From Octopus sinensis (Eukaryota), in contig NC_043002.1 of assembly GCF_006345805.1 (NCBI RefSeq), forward strand, positions 85,250,001 through 85,314,000: a DNA stretch of 64,000 nt, given 5' to 3'. Of the stretch, positions 12,959 through 27,691 are shown one piece after another; the stretch's first letter is position 1, and every line of letters starts with the position of its first letter. The position numbers and the translations under genes are program-made. The notes below the pieces were generated by a model that saw only the letters and a list, made by a program, of their open reading frames with translations, did not search any database and was not told the origin of the DNA.

Positions 12959-14490
12959 TAATGAAAAGAGGAAAACGAGTTAAGAGTAGCAACATCACAC
13001 TAGATAAAACCAATGAAATAAAAGAATTAGACCAAAGCCAAACTTACAAATACTTAGGATTCCATGAACTAGATAAGACACAACACACACAAATGAAAGA
13101 GAAAATAAAAAAAAGAATATTATAGACGAGTTAGATCAATACTAAAAACAGAGCTCAATGCTAAAAACAAGATAATAGTTATTAACACTTTAGCTGTCCC
13201 AGTTATAAGTTACAGCTACTATATCCTTAACTGGACACGAAATGAACTGACCAAAATAGATAGGAAAACAAGAAAAATAATGACAGGATCTAGGATGCAT
13301 CACCCAAAATCTGACATAGAAAGACTATATATACAACGTATAGAAGGTGGTAGAGACCTTATACAACTGGAAAACTACTATAAAATAACCACCATAGGAC
13401 TGCAAAAATATCTACTTCAGAAGGAAGGAAAACTGATACAAATAGCGGCAAAACACGAGCAAAACAAAAAACTGTTCTCAGTATTTAAGGAAGCTGACAA
13501 ATACAAACAAGAAATCATACCACCTAATAAATATGAAGAAGAAGAAGAAGAAGATGAAGAAACAACAAAAGCTATAAAACAAATGAAATCCAAACTAAAA
13601 ATAGAACAGCAACGAACCATGATAAAACGATGGCAAGAAAAGCCCCTTCATGGTAAATACTGGACTAAACTAAACGCAAAAGAAATAGACAAAGAAAAAT
13701 CCCAGCAATAGTTGAGAAGCTCGGGACTCAAAGCAGAAACAGAAGGATTTTTAATTGCAGCACAAGACCAAAGCCACCCCACCAGAAATTACCAAAAACA
13801 TGTAATGAAAAGAAATATAACAAGTAACTGCAGAATATGTGGAGATGGACAAGAAACAATAAATCATATTATCTCTAGCTGCCCAGTCCTGGCTAAGAAG
13901 GAATATATTCACATACATGACAGAGTTGGAACCTACATACATTGGAAGCTATGCCAACATTATGGAATAACAACAGAAAAAAGATGGTATAGGCACACAC
14001 CAGAAAAGGTCACAGGATAAACGAGAAAGCAACCATACTCTGGGATATGCCGATACACACAGATAGAGAAATTAAGGCCAACAGGCCAGATATAGTTGTC
14101 AGAGATCATGAAGAAAAAAAATGCTTTCTAATTGATGTATAGCGGCAGATGACGTGTCTTTAAAAGAAATGGAGAAACTTTCAAAATACAAAGACCTGGA
14201 AATAGAGGTAACCAGACTGTGGAATCTGAAAACAGAAACAATTCCTATCATAGTGGGTGCATTAGGCATGATAAAAAAATATTCAGACAAATACATAACA
14301 AAAACACCAGGACTTGCAAACACATATAACATACAGAAAATTGCACTACTAGGCACTGCACACATCCTACGCAGAACACTTTCCATACAATAACCATCAG
14401 AGCATCACAACAAATCACAGCACATACCCAAGGCACACAGAGCTGCGCTCGGTAGTGAAGTGAAAGCACGCTATAAAAATAAAACTACTG
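12957..14490 (+). mobile_element. R4/Dong-like LINE family 3, 5'-truncated, ~1.5 kb
   Basis: YKYLG, HHPKSDIERLYIQR.EGGR, HGKYW, LKAETEGFLIAAQDQ, CCHC CRICGDGQETINHIISSC, ILWDMPIHTD..IKANRPDI restriction-like endonuclease, KYKDL; a few stops/frameshifts; (TAA)n on both sides. Confidence 0.92.
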
Positions 14491-14509
14491 AATAATAATA
14501 ATAATAATA

Positions 14510-15446
14510 GACCTGCTACAATATGTCGCGAAAGATATGGGTGTAAAGGCATATGAAATGATTGGCAAGGAAGAGTTTAACCAAAGATTAGGAGAAGAGA
14601 AAAGAAGACCTTCTTCAAATGAGAATGCATGGACAGTTTGAAAAGAATACATAGGACGTTAAGGATAATACAGCATCATGAGCATGTCTTGAGCGAGGTG
14701 ATTTGAAGCGTGCCACCGAAAGCCTGATCATTGCTGCACAATACCAGGCTCTCGCTACCAATTCAGTGAAGTATAACATCTATAAAACTTCCGACACCCA
14801 GAAATGCAAACTCTGTAGAAAGAGTGTGGAAAATGTGACCCACTTGGTAAGAGGATGTGAGATCCTTGCACAAAAAGAATACAAGCATCGCCACGATAAA
14901 ATGTGTGTGTATCTTCATTGTCTCTTATGCCGTAAATAGCAATATGAAGTAACAGAGAACTGGCATAAGCATGTATGAGTAAAGTTATGCAGAAGGATGG
15001 AAAAGTAACGATATTCTGGGACTAGGATTTTCAGACAGATAGTATAATCGAACACAGTCGGCCGATATTGTCATATTGAATATGAGAGACAAATTCTGCC
15101 AGATCATTGATGTAGCCATACCAAATGACAAATGTTGTGAGTAAAGAGGTTGAAAAAATCACCAAGTACTCCGAATTGAAAGTGGAAATGGCAAGACTGT
15201 ATGGAATGCGAGAGGGTAATGTAAAAGTGATACCAGTGGTGATCGAGCGTTGGGCTCAATCCCATTGAAACTTCAAGATTTCTTAAGGCAACTGGAAATC
15301 CAATGCAAGATTGATGTCTAGCAAAAAGCAGCTTTATTGTGCACAGTGCACATCTTAAGGAAAATATTGTCTATCTGAGGTCCTTCTTGTGACTTGACAA
15401 ATGACTAAAGACTCCGGTGTATTTTTACCTACACTGTGTTATGAAG

Positions 15447-15447
<1 letters not shown>
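14510..15447 (+). mobile_element. R4/Dong-like LINE family 4, 5'-truncated
   Basis: HGQF, LKRATESLIIAAQYQALATN, CKLCRKSVENVTHLVRGC, RHD, PDIV...IIDVAIPND; (TAA)n on both sides. Confidence 0.9.
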
Positions 15448-15507
<60 letters not shown>

Positions 15508-15720
15508 CGTGTTAACTGGAACGGCCCATGTACTGAGAAGAGCATTATCGCTGTGAAAACAACATCCATTCATGAATTTATTTGTTTATTAATTTTTTAA
15601 ATACATAGTTTACCTGTGAATTTGCGTGTGTAATCTGGGAATGCATACAATGATCTTCTCTGCCCTAGGTGTACGGAAAACACTGGGCGAGAAACGGAAG
15701 AAAATTTGAAGAAAGAAGAA
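15508..15720 (+). mobile_element. R4/Dong-like LINE family 1, second shorter 3' fragment
   Basis: Closely matches ~11784-12000; (TAA)n on both sides. Confidence 0.9.
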
Positions 15721-15749
15721 AATAATAATAATAATATAATAATAATAAT

Positions 15750-15871
<122 letters not shown>

Positions 15872-15890
15872 TGATGATGATGATGATGAT

Positions 15891-18800
15891 AAATTTAAAA
15901 AATGCCGCACACGCCGCTTCCACTAGCGCAAATGTGCTACAAATGATGCAAGAGAAAGTTGCTTGAAATTTTCAGATGTCAAAAAATAATAGTGGTGATG
16001 ACGATGGTGACGAACGTTACCTTACCTCAGATTATTAGAGACAGGGGTTTCCGAAAAACTCTGGTTGTAACAGCGATAATGAAGTTGGACCTTTAAGGAA
16101 GGCCTCTCGCTCGGCAGTGGATCAGTAAAGATGCAGACTGACCACAGATATCATCCTAATGCAGCATTCGCAGATAATAGAGCAAGGAGGAGGAAGTAGA
16201 CTAGTGAAGAAAACAGGATAGCGATACAGTGCTACTTAGAAAGTGAACCTAAAAGAAGGTGCTATAGAAATCTGACACTTTGAGTAGAGAAGGGTATGCT
16301 TAAAGTGACTGGGCAGATATTACTTGATCAAGCTAATGCTATTAGGAGAAGAAAGTGGATGACAGAATTGGAGGTAGAAGAGATCACAAGAGAACTGGAA
16401 AAGAAAGACCAGGCAGTGGGAAAGACAAACAACAACATAGAAGATACATCTCAAACCAAAGAAGAGCCTAAAGGGAAAAAATAATAATAGCACTACCAAT
16501 AAGGAAGGGACAACTGACACCAACGACTTAAGTGATTTAAGTGAGGAAGATCAGAAGATTTTAGATGAGTTGCAGTGCAGGAAGTAATGAGTAAAAAAGT
16601 ATGAAAAAGACTGTCAGCATTAAAAGACACTAACAGAAGGAAGCTACAAGAAATGACTAGGAAAGCAGATTCTGTTATCAGTACGATAGATACTAAAAAT
16701 ATAGATACTAAATATATAATATATAATATATAATATATAATATATAATATAATATAAATATAGATACTAAATATATAAAAAATATAGATACTAAAAATAT
16801 AGAAGACACTAACTTATTGATCTGTGCAGATGGGGCAGTAGTCACTAGAATATTAGATATCTTACTGGGAAATATTTAAAAAGAGCAACTGTGGAAAAGA
16901 AGACTACAAAATAAAGTGAAGACTTTAAGACAAGATCTGAGTAGAAAGAAGCCTGGAAAACAAACAAGTTAGGAAACACAAGATGCAAATCTTGCCTCTA
17001 GGAAAGATACTTAGTCAAAGAGAAAAGATTTGAGACAATAATAGACGAGTTAAAACAATGTACCATAGCAGTAGCAGGCAAACTGTCCATATATCAGCGA
17101 AGAGTAGATCAGTATCAAGAAAATAGATTATTTGAGACAGATCAGAGGGGATTTTATAACCAAATAAATAGTGGAGAACGAAGTACTGAAGATGAGAAAC
17201 CTAATACAGAGGAAGCTAGAAAGTTCTGGAGTAATATTTGGTATAAACCAGTAAATCAAAATGGAGATGCAGTATGGTTAAAGAAAGTGAGGAAAGAAGT
17301 AGTGAGTGAGAAGCAGCCAGATCTAAGATTAACTAGTGCATTAACGAGTAAGGTGTTAGGAAAAATGCCGAATTGAAAGGACGCAGGACCAGATTTAGTT
17401 CACGGGTACTGGCTAAAGGAATTCAGTATTTTACATAGGAGGCTGAGGGAACAACTTCAGGATTACCTTAATGGAGGAATAATACCAGACTGGATGACTA
17501 GAGGGTGGACAATCCTCACTATGAAGGACAAGAGCAAGGATAATATAGCTAGCAACTGTAGGCCAATTACTTGCTTACCATTAGTGAGGAAGCTGTTAAT
17601 AGGAATGCTTTCAGAAAGCATTTACGAGCACCTTGACAACCAAAAGTTACAAGCAGAGGAACAGAAAAATTGCAGAAAGCTGGCTTGAGGAACACATGAT
17701 CGATTATATATAGACAAAGCAGTTCTAAATGAAGTAAAAGCTAGAAAGAAAAATCTAAAAATAGCATTGATAGATAATAGGAAAGCCATAAGTATATTCA
17801 GTGTAGCAGACAACATAACAGAATTAATTAGCTTTAGCTTGAAGAAATGGAAAGTACATCTATATTCATGTCACACACTATTAGGGAAAGTTAATATCAA
17901 AAGAGGAATTTCCCAGGGGGACTTGTTGTCCTTGTTAATATTTGTCTTATGCTTGATACCCCTGTTTAGTATTAAGGAAGGCAAACGCAGGGTATCAGTT
18001 CAGAAATAGCAATGGAAAAAATTAACCATTTGCTCTACATAGATGATCTGAAGCTGTTTAGTAAGAATGAAAAAGAGATAGATTCCTTAATACAGACTTC
18101 AAGACTTTTCAGTAAAGATACAGGCATGGAATTTGGCATAGATAAGTGTGCAATATTAGTCATGAGAAGGAGACAGGTAGTCAACAGTGAAGGCATCCAA
18201 TAGATAGCCAGACATTAAAATCATTGAAAGAGGAGAGAGCTATAAGTATCTAGGAGTATTAGAATCTGAGGGAGTACTAACTACAGAAATGAAAACGAAA
18301 ATTGAGAAGGAATGCATCAGAAGGGTGAGGAAGCTAATGACGTCAAAGCTAAATGTTTCGAACCTAGTGAATGCTGTAGTTACTGTAGTTACTTAGATAC
18401 TCAGTAGCTTTTGTAGATTGGACAAAAACTGAATTAGCGAAGCTGGAAAGAAGAACTCGGAAGGAATTCAAAATGAATGGAGGACTCCACCCAAGGGCAG
18501 GAGTAGCAAGATTATAGCTACCTAGAAAGGAAGGTAGAATAGGGTTAATATCTGTAGAAGACTGTGTGGAGTTAGCTATAGAGTGAATGTAGACTCCTAT
18601 GTAGGTAATAGTGAAGAACAGAAATGATCTGACTGGCAAGAGAAGGCGCTGCATGGTAGATTCCCGAAGATAATTTCGGCAAATAGTAGTTGTGAGACTT
18701 GGTTATGACTGCATAAAGGAAAGCTGAAGAGGGAGATAGAAAGTTTGTTAGTTGCTGTATAAGATCAGGCATTAAGGACTAATTGAATAAAAGCCAAAAT

Positions 18801-19465
18801 AGAAAAAAACCAAGCAGATTCCCAATGTAGATTACGCAAATCAAAAGAGGAAAGCGTTACTCACATAGTAAGTGAATGTAGTATGCTGGCACAGAAAGAA
18901 TACAAGAAAAGACACAACAATCTAGAGGGAGCAATCCACTGGGAGCTTTATAGAAACCTAGGATTTTAACATACTGATAAATGGTATAAACGTGAACCTT
19001 GTAAAGTACTAGAAAGTAAGAAATACAAGATGTTGTGGGACTTTAACATTCAGACTGACAGAGTAATAGAAGCTGGAAAGCCTGATTTGGTAGTAGATAA
19101 AGAGAATAGAAAGTGCCAGATAATTGGTTTTACAGTCCTAAATGATGAAAAAATTAATATGAGAAGTATAGAAAAAGTAGTAAAGTACAAGGACCTTGCT
19201 ATTGAATTAGAGAGACTATAGAATGTGCGGGTAAAATGTATCCCGATAGTTGTAGGTGCATTGGGAACTATCGTTAAAAATCTGAACAGATGGATAGAGG
19301 AAATAGTCATAAAACCCAGTTTAGTACAGCTGCAGAAAATAATGTTATTCAGGACAGCTAGGATACTTAGTAGGGTTCTTGGCATCAAAAGTTACTTGCT
19401 ATAACCCAGTTAGAGAGTTTTTGGCATCTAAGGCTACTTGTTGTAGCCCGATGTTAGGATTCGTA
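15891..19465 (+). mobile_element. R4/Dong-like LINE family 5, near full length but decayed
   Basis: N-terminal TSEENRIAIQCYLESEP...LLDQANAIRRRKWMTELEVEEI; ENRLFETDQRGFY; AGPDLVHGYWLK; SNCRPITCLPL; RGISQGDLLS; INHLLYIDDLKLF; GMEFGIDKC; YKYLG; decayed CCHC; LWDFNIQTD..IEAGKPDL; many stops and deletions. Confidence 0.92.
16686..16802. repeat. Local ATAGATACTAAA duplications and (TATAA)n expansion interrupting the family 5 LINE
   Basis: ATAGATACTAAA occurs four times around an AT-only tract. Confidence 0.8.
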
Positions 19466-19902
19466 TTATTATTTCTGAATAAAAAGATAGTCAACAAAGA
19501 ACCAGTTTAAACACATCAAATTATTATAATTGTCATATTAATAGTTTAACGAATAAGACATTTCTAACAAGTATATATTTTTGCTGCTAGCAATCAGTAA
19601 ATCAGGAGTATGACATCTCAGTCCAATCTCCGACATCAATCTGTTAATCGAAGTAATTCTACTTGATTCTTTAGATGTTAATCATAATGTGTTCAAAATG
19701 ATAATCTTATTCCCAGGATCTCCATAGCCACTAAGCTGAGGTCAAGCTATTTGATAACAATCTAGATTTTCGGGTCTCGCTCTTTAATATATCTCTGAAT
19801 CACCAGTAGATTGCTTTATAAGGATCTTTAATCATCATCATCGTTGTTGTCATCGTCGTCGTCGTCACGGTCGTCATCATCATCAACGTCTCTCTCTCAC
19901 AA

Positions 19903-19937
<35 letters not shown>

Positions 19938-20085
19938 GACCGATATCATTGGAAAAACCAGCATAAAAACAAAATAACATTGTCGTGAGAAGTGGAGTTT
20001 CCGACTTTTATGGACTGAGAAATTCTTCTGGATTTAGATGACTGTACCCGGAGCGAAAGAAACCCCAGAAAAGTCTTACATCATA

Positions 20086-20498
20086 TTCTGTTACTTCTTT
20101 CAATCATTTGACTGTAGCCATACTGGAGCACCGCCTTAAAGGGCTTTTAGTCGCAGAAATCAACCCCAGGACTTATTCCTTGTAAGCCTAATACTTATTC
20201 TATCGGTCTCTCTGCCGAATGGGTGAGTTATGAGGACGTAAACACACCAACATAGGTTGTCAAGTGATGGTTGGGGGACTAACACAAACACACATAAACA
20301 CACACACACACACACACACACAGACACAGACACACACATATATATGACAGGCTTCTTTCACTTTCCGTCTACCAAATCCACTTACAAAGCTTTGGTTGAC
20401 CCGAGGTTATAGTAGGCACTTACCCAAGGTGTCACGCAAGGAGACTGAACCCGGAACCACGTGATTAGGAAGCAAGATTCCTATCACACAGTCACGCC
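20086..20498 (-). mobile_element. SINE family B, diverged
   Basis: Reverse-complement match to the family. Confidence 0.85.
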
Positions 20499-20697
20499 TA
20501 GAGCAACTGGCAGCAACCGGTAAGGAACGCAAAACGACATGGAAGTGCACATGTAAATAGAAAGTAGTGGGGGACAGAAACTTACTGCGAGTGAGAAAAA
20601 CGAAGAGAGAAAGAAAGAGAGAGAGAGGGGGCGAGAAAAGGAAAAAGAAACAAAAAAGAAAGAAGTTGTGTGGAAGTGAGGTGGAAAGAAAAATTGA

Positions 20698-20808
20698 AGT
20701 GCGGGTAAAATGTATCCCAGTAGGTGGTTAGGAACTATTTCTAAAAATCTGAACAGATGGATAGAGGAAATAGGCGTAAAACCCAGTTTAGTACAGAGCT
20801 ATAGGATA
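20698..20808 (+). mobile_element. Detached fragment of the family 5 LINE 3' coding end
   Basis: Matches ~19224-19365 (GTGCGGGTAAAATGTATCCC...AAAACCCAGTTTAGTACAG) with small deletions. Confidence 0.8.
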
Positions 20809-20947
20809 AAAAAAGGGTTAACTGTATTCAGAAGGTGAAAGAGTAGTGGAACAAAACAAAAAGTTCAAGATCGAAAGAATAAGGTAGTCATGGCAGTGAG
20901 TCGAGTCACCGTGAGCATGACCCAGAATAATATTAGATAAATATATA

Positions 20948-21060
20948 GGCGCAGGAGTGGCTGTGTGGTAAGTAGCTTGGCACCTTCGGCAAGTGTCTTC
21001 TACTATAGCCCGGGCCGACCAATGCCTCGTGTAGACGGAAACTGAAAGAAGCCTGTCGTA

Positions 21061-21127
<67 letters not shown>

Positions 21128-21278
21128 GTGTGTTTGTGTGTCTGTGTTTGTCTCCCTAGCATTGCTTGACAACCGATGCTGGTGTGTTTATGTCCCCGTT
21201 ACTTAGCGGTTCGGCAAAAGAGACCGATAGAATAAGTACTGGGCTTACAAAAGAATAAGTCCCGGGGTCGAGTTTCTC
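20948..21278 (+). mobile_element. SINE family B with internal deletions, 3'-truncated
   Basis: Match to the family. Confidence 0.88.
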
Positions 21279-21805
21279 GTGATGAGACATTCAGTAAACA
21301 AAAATGATAAAAACAAACAGCAACTTTTATTTGGATACCCTAAGACATTCACGAGATTTTAGCGTGGAAAAAAGAGACCTGAAGTATGGACCATCAAAAC
21401 CTAAATGCTAAATCACAACACACCTGTTCACACATCACGCCATATTTGTAACATTCTGGAAAAACACGAGACATTTCTTATATTCCAGCCTTTATGCTCC
21501 AGATTTCCTCCCTGCGGACTACATATATATTTTTTTCAAATTGAAATCAAACCGGAAGGGTTGCTAGATTCAGAAGATTGAAGAAATCGTAGCACATTAG
21601 CTGAAAGAACTTTGCACAACCCCGTGAAAACGCACTCTAAGACATATTCTGCAACTGGAAGAAATGCTAGTAGCGATCGTGATGGTGGTGATGAAGGTGG
21701 TTGTGAACTATTCTTAAAGAAAAATGTCTGATGAAATTGTAAGTAAAACAATAAATTTGTTTTTTAATAGTTTTTTTTTTCTGACAGACCTCGTCTGTGT
21801 ATGTA

Positions 21806-22015
21806 CGAAGGGATGTTGAAAAGTTCCTGGCTTTAAAGGTGTCGCGAAAGGCCTGGTTGGAGGCCCAACCTTTCGAGTTCGTTTGCAGGATTTAGAAAAA
21901 CTGAAGTACCGCTGCATTAAGGGTGCCAGTCTAAGAAGGGAATATGTTGAATAAAATTAACTGATCCTCCTGTATTTTCTTTTACCTAAAACTGGAACTT
22001 TCCAGCATCCCTTCG
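21806..22015 (+). mobile_element. Mariner-derived MITE
   Basis: TIRs CGAAGGGATG(T/C)TG(A/G)AAAGTTCC, TA on both sides, retains transposase C-terminus LEKLKYRCIKGASLRREYVE*. Confidence 0.88.
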
Positions 22016-22059
22016 TATGTATGTATGTATGTATGTATGTATGTATGTATGTATGTATG

Positions 22060-22091
<32 letters not shown>

Positions 22092-22137
22092 TGTATGTAT
22101 GTATGTATGTATGTATGTATGAATGTATGTACTTATG

Positions 22138-22172
<35 letters not shown>

Positions 22173-22200
22173 GTGTATGTATGTATGTATGTATGTATGT
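22016..22200. repeat. (TATG)n/(TG)n microsatellite
   Basis: Directly visible. Confidence 0.95.
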
Positions 22201-23559
22201 CATTATTCAGTTTTATTTCGAGGTTTCTTGCCAATAGAGAAAGAGCGGGTTTCTAACCTAGATCCAAGGCTCCTTCACTGGAAATTCAACATCAACTTCA
22301 GGGTATTTTTGTATGTGTGTATGTATACGTGCAGATTGCATATTTAGACATGCTCATATCTATGTATGCATGTACGCATGTATGTATATACGTGTGTTTA
22401 GGGTCAGGTCACTCCTAATGCTTTAGTACTGCTACTAGTAACATGTAACCCAATACAACCCGTCAGCGAGTAAACTAACAACTCAACTAATCCTTCTTGG
22501 TGAAGGAGGGTGGTTTTCGATAGACACCCATCAAGATGAAAAATAAAACCTGTCAAAGGACGGATGAATTCGGTAGAATCAACGACCATCCAAAAGCTGG
22601 GAGTGAGAGGTCCCTAGTTTTTTTGTTTCGACGTTTCTCTAGAGGAAGGAAATTCTGAAATAATACTCGCGTCAATGTGAAGCCGGAGGTTTTGTTTTTG
22701 CTTGTTTCTGGGTTACTTGCCCTTGTAGCTGAGAGGTTTAGCGGTGTAGATCAAGTCCATGGGGACTTAACACCCACAATTTTATCATTTTATCTAAGCA
22801 AAAACGAATACAGTTGTGCTCTTAGAAGCTGTAGGGTTACCCGAGCATAAAAGTTGGGCATTATTTCTAATTCAATGGTACAACAGTGTAACAGTTTGCT
22901 TTGACATATACTTACATTGTGATTTCTGCAATGTGTCGCATAAATTGTCAAGTAAATGAGAGGCATCTTTGCCTACACTGATTCAGTTGCAAAGTATTGA
23001 GTAAAGTTATTTGATTGCAGACCCCTTTCAGTCTTTTTATTATCACCGGTCATACATAGTCCACAAATGCTAACATTGATTTCAAGGCCTTGCCTGATGA
23101 GTGACTGGTTATTCAAAGACATTTATAGATTTCAAATTTATTCTGTCCAGTTACGTATCAGTATAGTGGTCATCTGCAAACTCCAGAGGTGACACTTTAA
23201 TTTCTCCTTAGTCCTCACGTCACACAGTTGTTAATGTTTATTTCAGTTGGGTCACGCCCTTCTAATTGCTATAGATTCGTAATGCATCTTACGGCTGTGC
23301 CTGTCACCTGGATGGTGAGGAATCCTACATTGGGAGTGGTAACGACTAGGGTAGGGTAACTGCTTATTGTGATCATTCGTCTTTTGGTTTCCTGTAGCTT
23401 TGCTCTCTTTTACAAACCCAGTGAACATATATTTCCTATTTCAAAGAAATTCAAACAATAGATATAAAACCCAAACTAAAAAGATTCTCAACAATTCAAC
23501 TTCTCTGGTTGACATTAAGATGCTCACCCCCAATAGGGGCCTTAACTCTCACATTTTAG

Positions 23560-23827
23560 AGCTCCATGACCTTCATTTTTCAGGAGCAAAATCTTTTTAA
23601 CAGGTTCAATAAGACTGGAATTTTGGAATATGCGCATAAAAATCAGTAGTATGGGATACATGTGGCACGATTACAATTTTTTAGGGTGTGTAAAGAGGGA
23701 AATAACCCTAATCTGCAATTTTGATGAAATTCGAAACATAGATATTCCAGTTCATTACAGAAGATATAACAGAAAAGTCTGATTCTTCAATTGAATGTAA
23801 CCGGGCAACGCCGGGTATCTCGGCTAG
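23560..23827 (+). mobile_element. Non-autonomous Helitron 3' terminus (5' end not located)
   Basis: GC-rich hairpin ACCGGGC-AAC-GCCGGGT (23800-23816) followed 7 nt later by CTAG then T (23824-23828). Confidence 0.7.
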
Positions 23828-24496
23828 TACTATATAAAGCTTATTCCAGTGACTTACAGGGAAATAATTCTGAAACGTTGGCCACTTAGATGTTTTTATA
23901 AAGTGTAAAGTGAATTGCAAAGCCACTATCTGTCACATACATAATTAGATTATTCAAATTGCACATCAATTACCGAGTGAGAATACTTAAGCGTAATATA
24001 ATATAATGGTTATTATACAGAAACCAAGACTCAGATGGTGTAAAGGCTTGTGTTATAAAATATTCACAGAAAAACCATTCTGCAAGTTCGTCTCAATTCC
24101 ACGATCCTGAATACGAAACGATATCGACATTTCAATGTTTCTATACATATATATATATATAATCCTTTCATATGTACACATACATACATATACATGCATA
24201 CTTGCATACACACATGCATACATACATACGTACATACATAATACATGCATACATACAGACACGCACACGCACGCACTCACATACAGATACACACACGCAC
24301 ACATTACATATACATATACACGATGAAAGAATTCTTGTGGGGAACATTGAGAATTGAATCATATAAAACTATAAATAGTAGCATGTAAATATCATGCATT
24401 CGACTTTTTATCCAACAGGCTTTTAACTCACTATTTACACACCTTTCTTTACAGCTTTATATGTATTTATATGTATACAGATATATATATATATAG

Positions 24497-24575
<79 letters not shown>

Positions 24576-24671
24576 CATTATATAAAAGGGCTTAGTATCC
24601 TTTGCATACTGAACACTTGGTGAAATTGATTAATTAATTAATTTTACCCTCAATTGTTGAAATTATATATA

Positions 24672-24703
<32 letters not shown>

Positions 24704-24788
24704 GTCTCTCTCTCCCTCCCCTTCTCTCTCTCTCCCTCCCTCCCTTCTATCTCCCTCTCATATATATATATATATATATATATACATA

Positions 24789-25023
24789 CAGGGTTACCCA
24801 AAAGTCAACTGACACTAAATCAAAACCATTTAATTCCAAGATTTATTTATGTTTAACAACTGAATGAATTTAATAAAAGCACCTAAATATCAAAACATTG
24901 TTAAAATTGTTCAAACTGAAGTCCTTCTTGAGCGACACCGTTTTTCCAAATGAATAAATAAAATAGAATATTAAGTATTTATGGAATTTTGATTTAGTGT
25001 CGGGCGACGTTTGGCCAACCCTG
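24789..25023. mobile_element. Tc1-like MITE inserted in (TA)n
   Basis: Imperfect ~37-bp TIRs CAGGGTT...GACACTAAATCAAAA, TA on both sides. Confidence 0.85.
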
Positions 25024-25036
25024 TATATATATACAT

Positions 25037-25092
<56 letters not shown>

Positions 25093-25093
25093 C

Positions 25094-25363
<270 letters not shown>

Positions 25364-25554
25364 TGTGTGTGTGTGTGTAATCCCAGTTATCAATTGTGAA
25401 ACACCAGTGTCGGTTAAACATGAAGATTGCAGAAACTATGAAAATACTTGTATTATCATAATACATAATATTGTAAAATTGTGGAACATAAAAAATAAAC
25501 GTGTAACTTTCACTATGCTGGAACCTCTCTGACTAATATATCTTCCTGTACATT

Positions 25555-25755
25555 AAAGCGGCGTGCTGTCAGAATCGTTAGCTCACTGTTAGCGGCATTA
25601 CGTCAATCTTGATGTTTTCAGTTCAAATTCTGCTGAAGTCTACTTTGCCTTTTATCCTTTTCGTGTCGATAAAATAAATACCAGTTGAGCACTGGGGTTA
25701 ACGTAATCGACTTGCTTCTTCATCAAAATAGCAGGCCTTGTGTTAAAATTTGAAA
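25555..25755 (+). mobile_element. SINE family A, diverged monomer
   Basis: Head, B-box GTTCAAATTC and central box present. Confidence 0.8.
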
Positions 25756-27366
25756 CCAATATACGTACCTGTACACAATCATGAAAACTCTGATTTGTAT
25801 GTATGCATGTATGCGTCAGCGTTTGTAAAGCATTCTCTTGCTGTCTTTATTTACAGCATGAAATCATATGGTATTAATAAGGTAGCACCTGATGTTGATG
25901 TTTTAAAGTTACGGTTCTTAATCAAGGTTTTAACGTGCCTTTGGAAGCATTTGAATTTAAACGAGGCTGATAACGTCAAATGAACTTTAGAGGAACACTG
26001 GTTGTTTGAAGGGGATCGATATTTTTCTTAGAAATAAAATGTTTAAACCATGTGAATACCAAAATTTTGATCCTGTTTTCATAATATGAATTGGACATTG
26101 CGGAAAGAAAATTACTGCTGTCTGGCCAAAATCCAATATATATATTGTGATTGCTTTCTTTTAGTAATTTATTTTAAAATCTAACATGTGGTCATTATAT
26201 TTATGAAGAGACAAAACTTGCTGGAATATTATAAGAAAGTATAGCACTGCGCAAAATTAGCTTCGGCTTACTTAAAATAACCGTTTCATTTTAGTAAAAC
26301 AAGGGGAAGGGACCGTTTGTAAAATGCCATTCAGTGAAAAGGGGAACTGAGCTACAAATGCAAATGAAAGACTGCTGTAGAGTTAATTGGAGCACCATTC
26401 CATGTGTGACATCTGTTACCTAGAAATATTACAAAAATATGGACAAGGATAAATTTAACCAAGAACTCTTTGTAAAAGGAAATCAAATTATTAAATAGAC
26501 AGGAAAATTGTGTGATGTTATCAATGAATTGTCTTGTAAATAGAATTAACGATAGCTTTTATAAAGACGCTCCTGTGGGAAAACTATCTTATAATTGAAT
26601 AAAAGAGGAAGATGATTACATTTGCTTGTCAAGAATATTAAAAATATATATTTACTTCTTAGAGACAACCAGCCAACTTACCGCAGAAAAGATCTTTTTT
26701 TTTATTTACTAGGTCTGGGAGAAGGAGCGTACATTCCTTTAGGGTCAATACTATAAGTAGCAGTCCTGTCCTCTGATGGATTCAGTCCACCATAGCAGAG
26801 ACGCATCTACGTGGTCGTTCGAGTTATAAGAAATATAAGCCAAATCCCTCGAAACTACACAATAACATGTCAAAACAGGAAGGACACATTGGACAATGAT
26901 ATAGAAAACGAGCGGATTGGTCAAGGCTGGAATGTCTTTGATTGTAGCTCTACTCAATCAAGAATGATCTAAGGCTAAACATCGACGCCAAACCTACTAA
27001 CTTCTGGTTTTAATTTTGTGCCTGTCATAGAAATTATTAATTTGTGGTCCTTATGTAGCCCAAGGTTAGCTCTAATCTAACAGTTCTACGGCATACATGT
27101 AATCGATCGAATTAGTAGTGCTGCGCTGCTTTATTTCGTCTATTTCTGTCTACGCAGACACAGCTGTGTGGCTGAGTACGCTTCGCAGCGTAGTGGATTC
27201 GGGTACAACTTCACCGCATGCCACAGTGCAACACTTTGAATAAGTGCATTCAAGCGTAGCTTCTGGTTGTCCAACTTATTGTAAATAACAGTTGGTGGAT
27301 GAAAACCGTGTGCAAGCCTATCTGAGGAACTGTTCATGTTTTTGGCTGGTAGACATAATCTGTCCT

Positions 27367-27691
27367 TCTAAAGACTCCGCCGGTTACGACGACGAGGGTC
27401 CCAGCTGATACGATCAACGGAACAGCTTGCTCGTGAAATTAACGTGCAAATGGCTGAGCATTCCACAGACACGTGTACCCTTAACGTAGTTCTCGGGGAT
27501 AATCAGCGTGACACAGAGAGTGACAAGGCTGACCCTTTGAAATACAAGTACAACTCATTTTTGCCAGCTGAGTGGACTGGAGCAACGTGAAATAAAGTGT
27601 CTTGCTCAAGGACACAACGCGTCGCCGGGAATCGAACTCACAACCTTACGATCATGAGCCGAATGCCCTAACCACTAAGCCACGCGCCCTC
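27367..27691 (-). mobile_element. tRNA-derived CORE-like SINE (family C, tail 1) with 14-bp TSD
   Basis: A/B boxes, central TCCTTGAGCAAGACACTTTATTTCACGTTGCTCCAGTCCACTCAGCTGGCAAAAATGAG; TSD ACATAATCTGTCCT at 27353-27366 and 27692-27705. Confidence 0.9.

Noticed and set aside
16085-16165. HDV-like ribozyme near the 5' end of the family 5 LINE
   Set aside because: Plausible for this clade, but I could not build the nested double pseudoknot from this decayed copy
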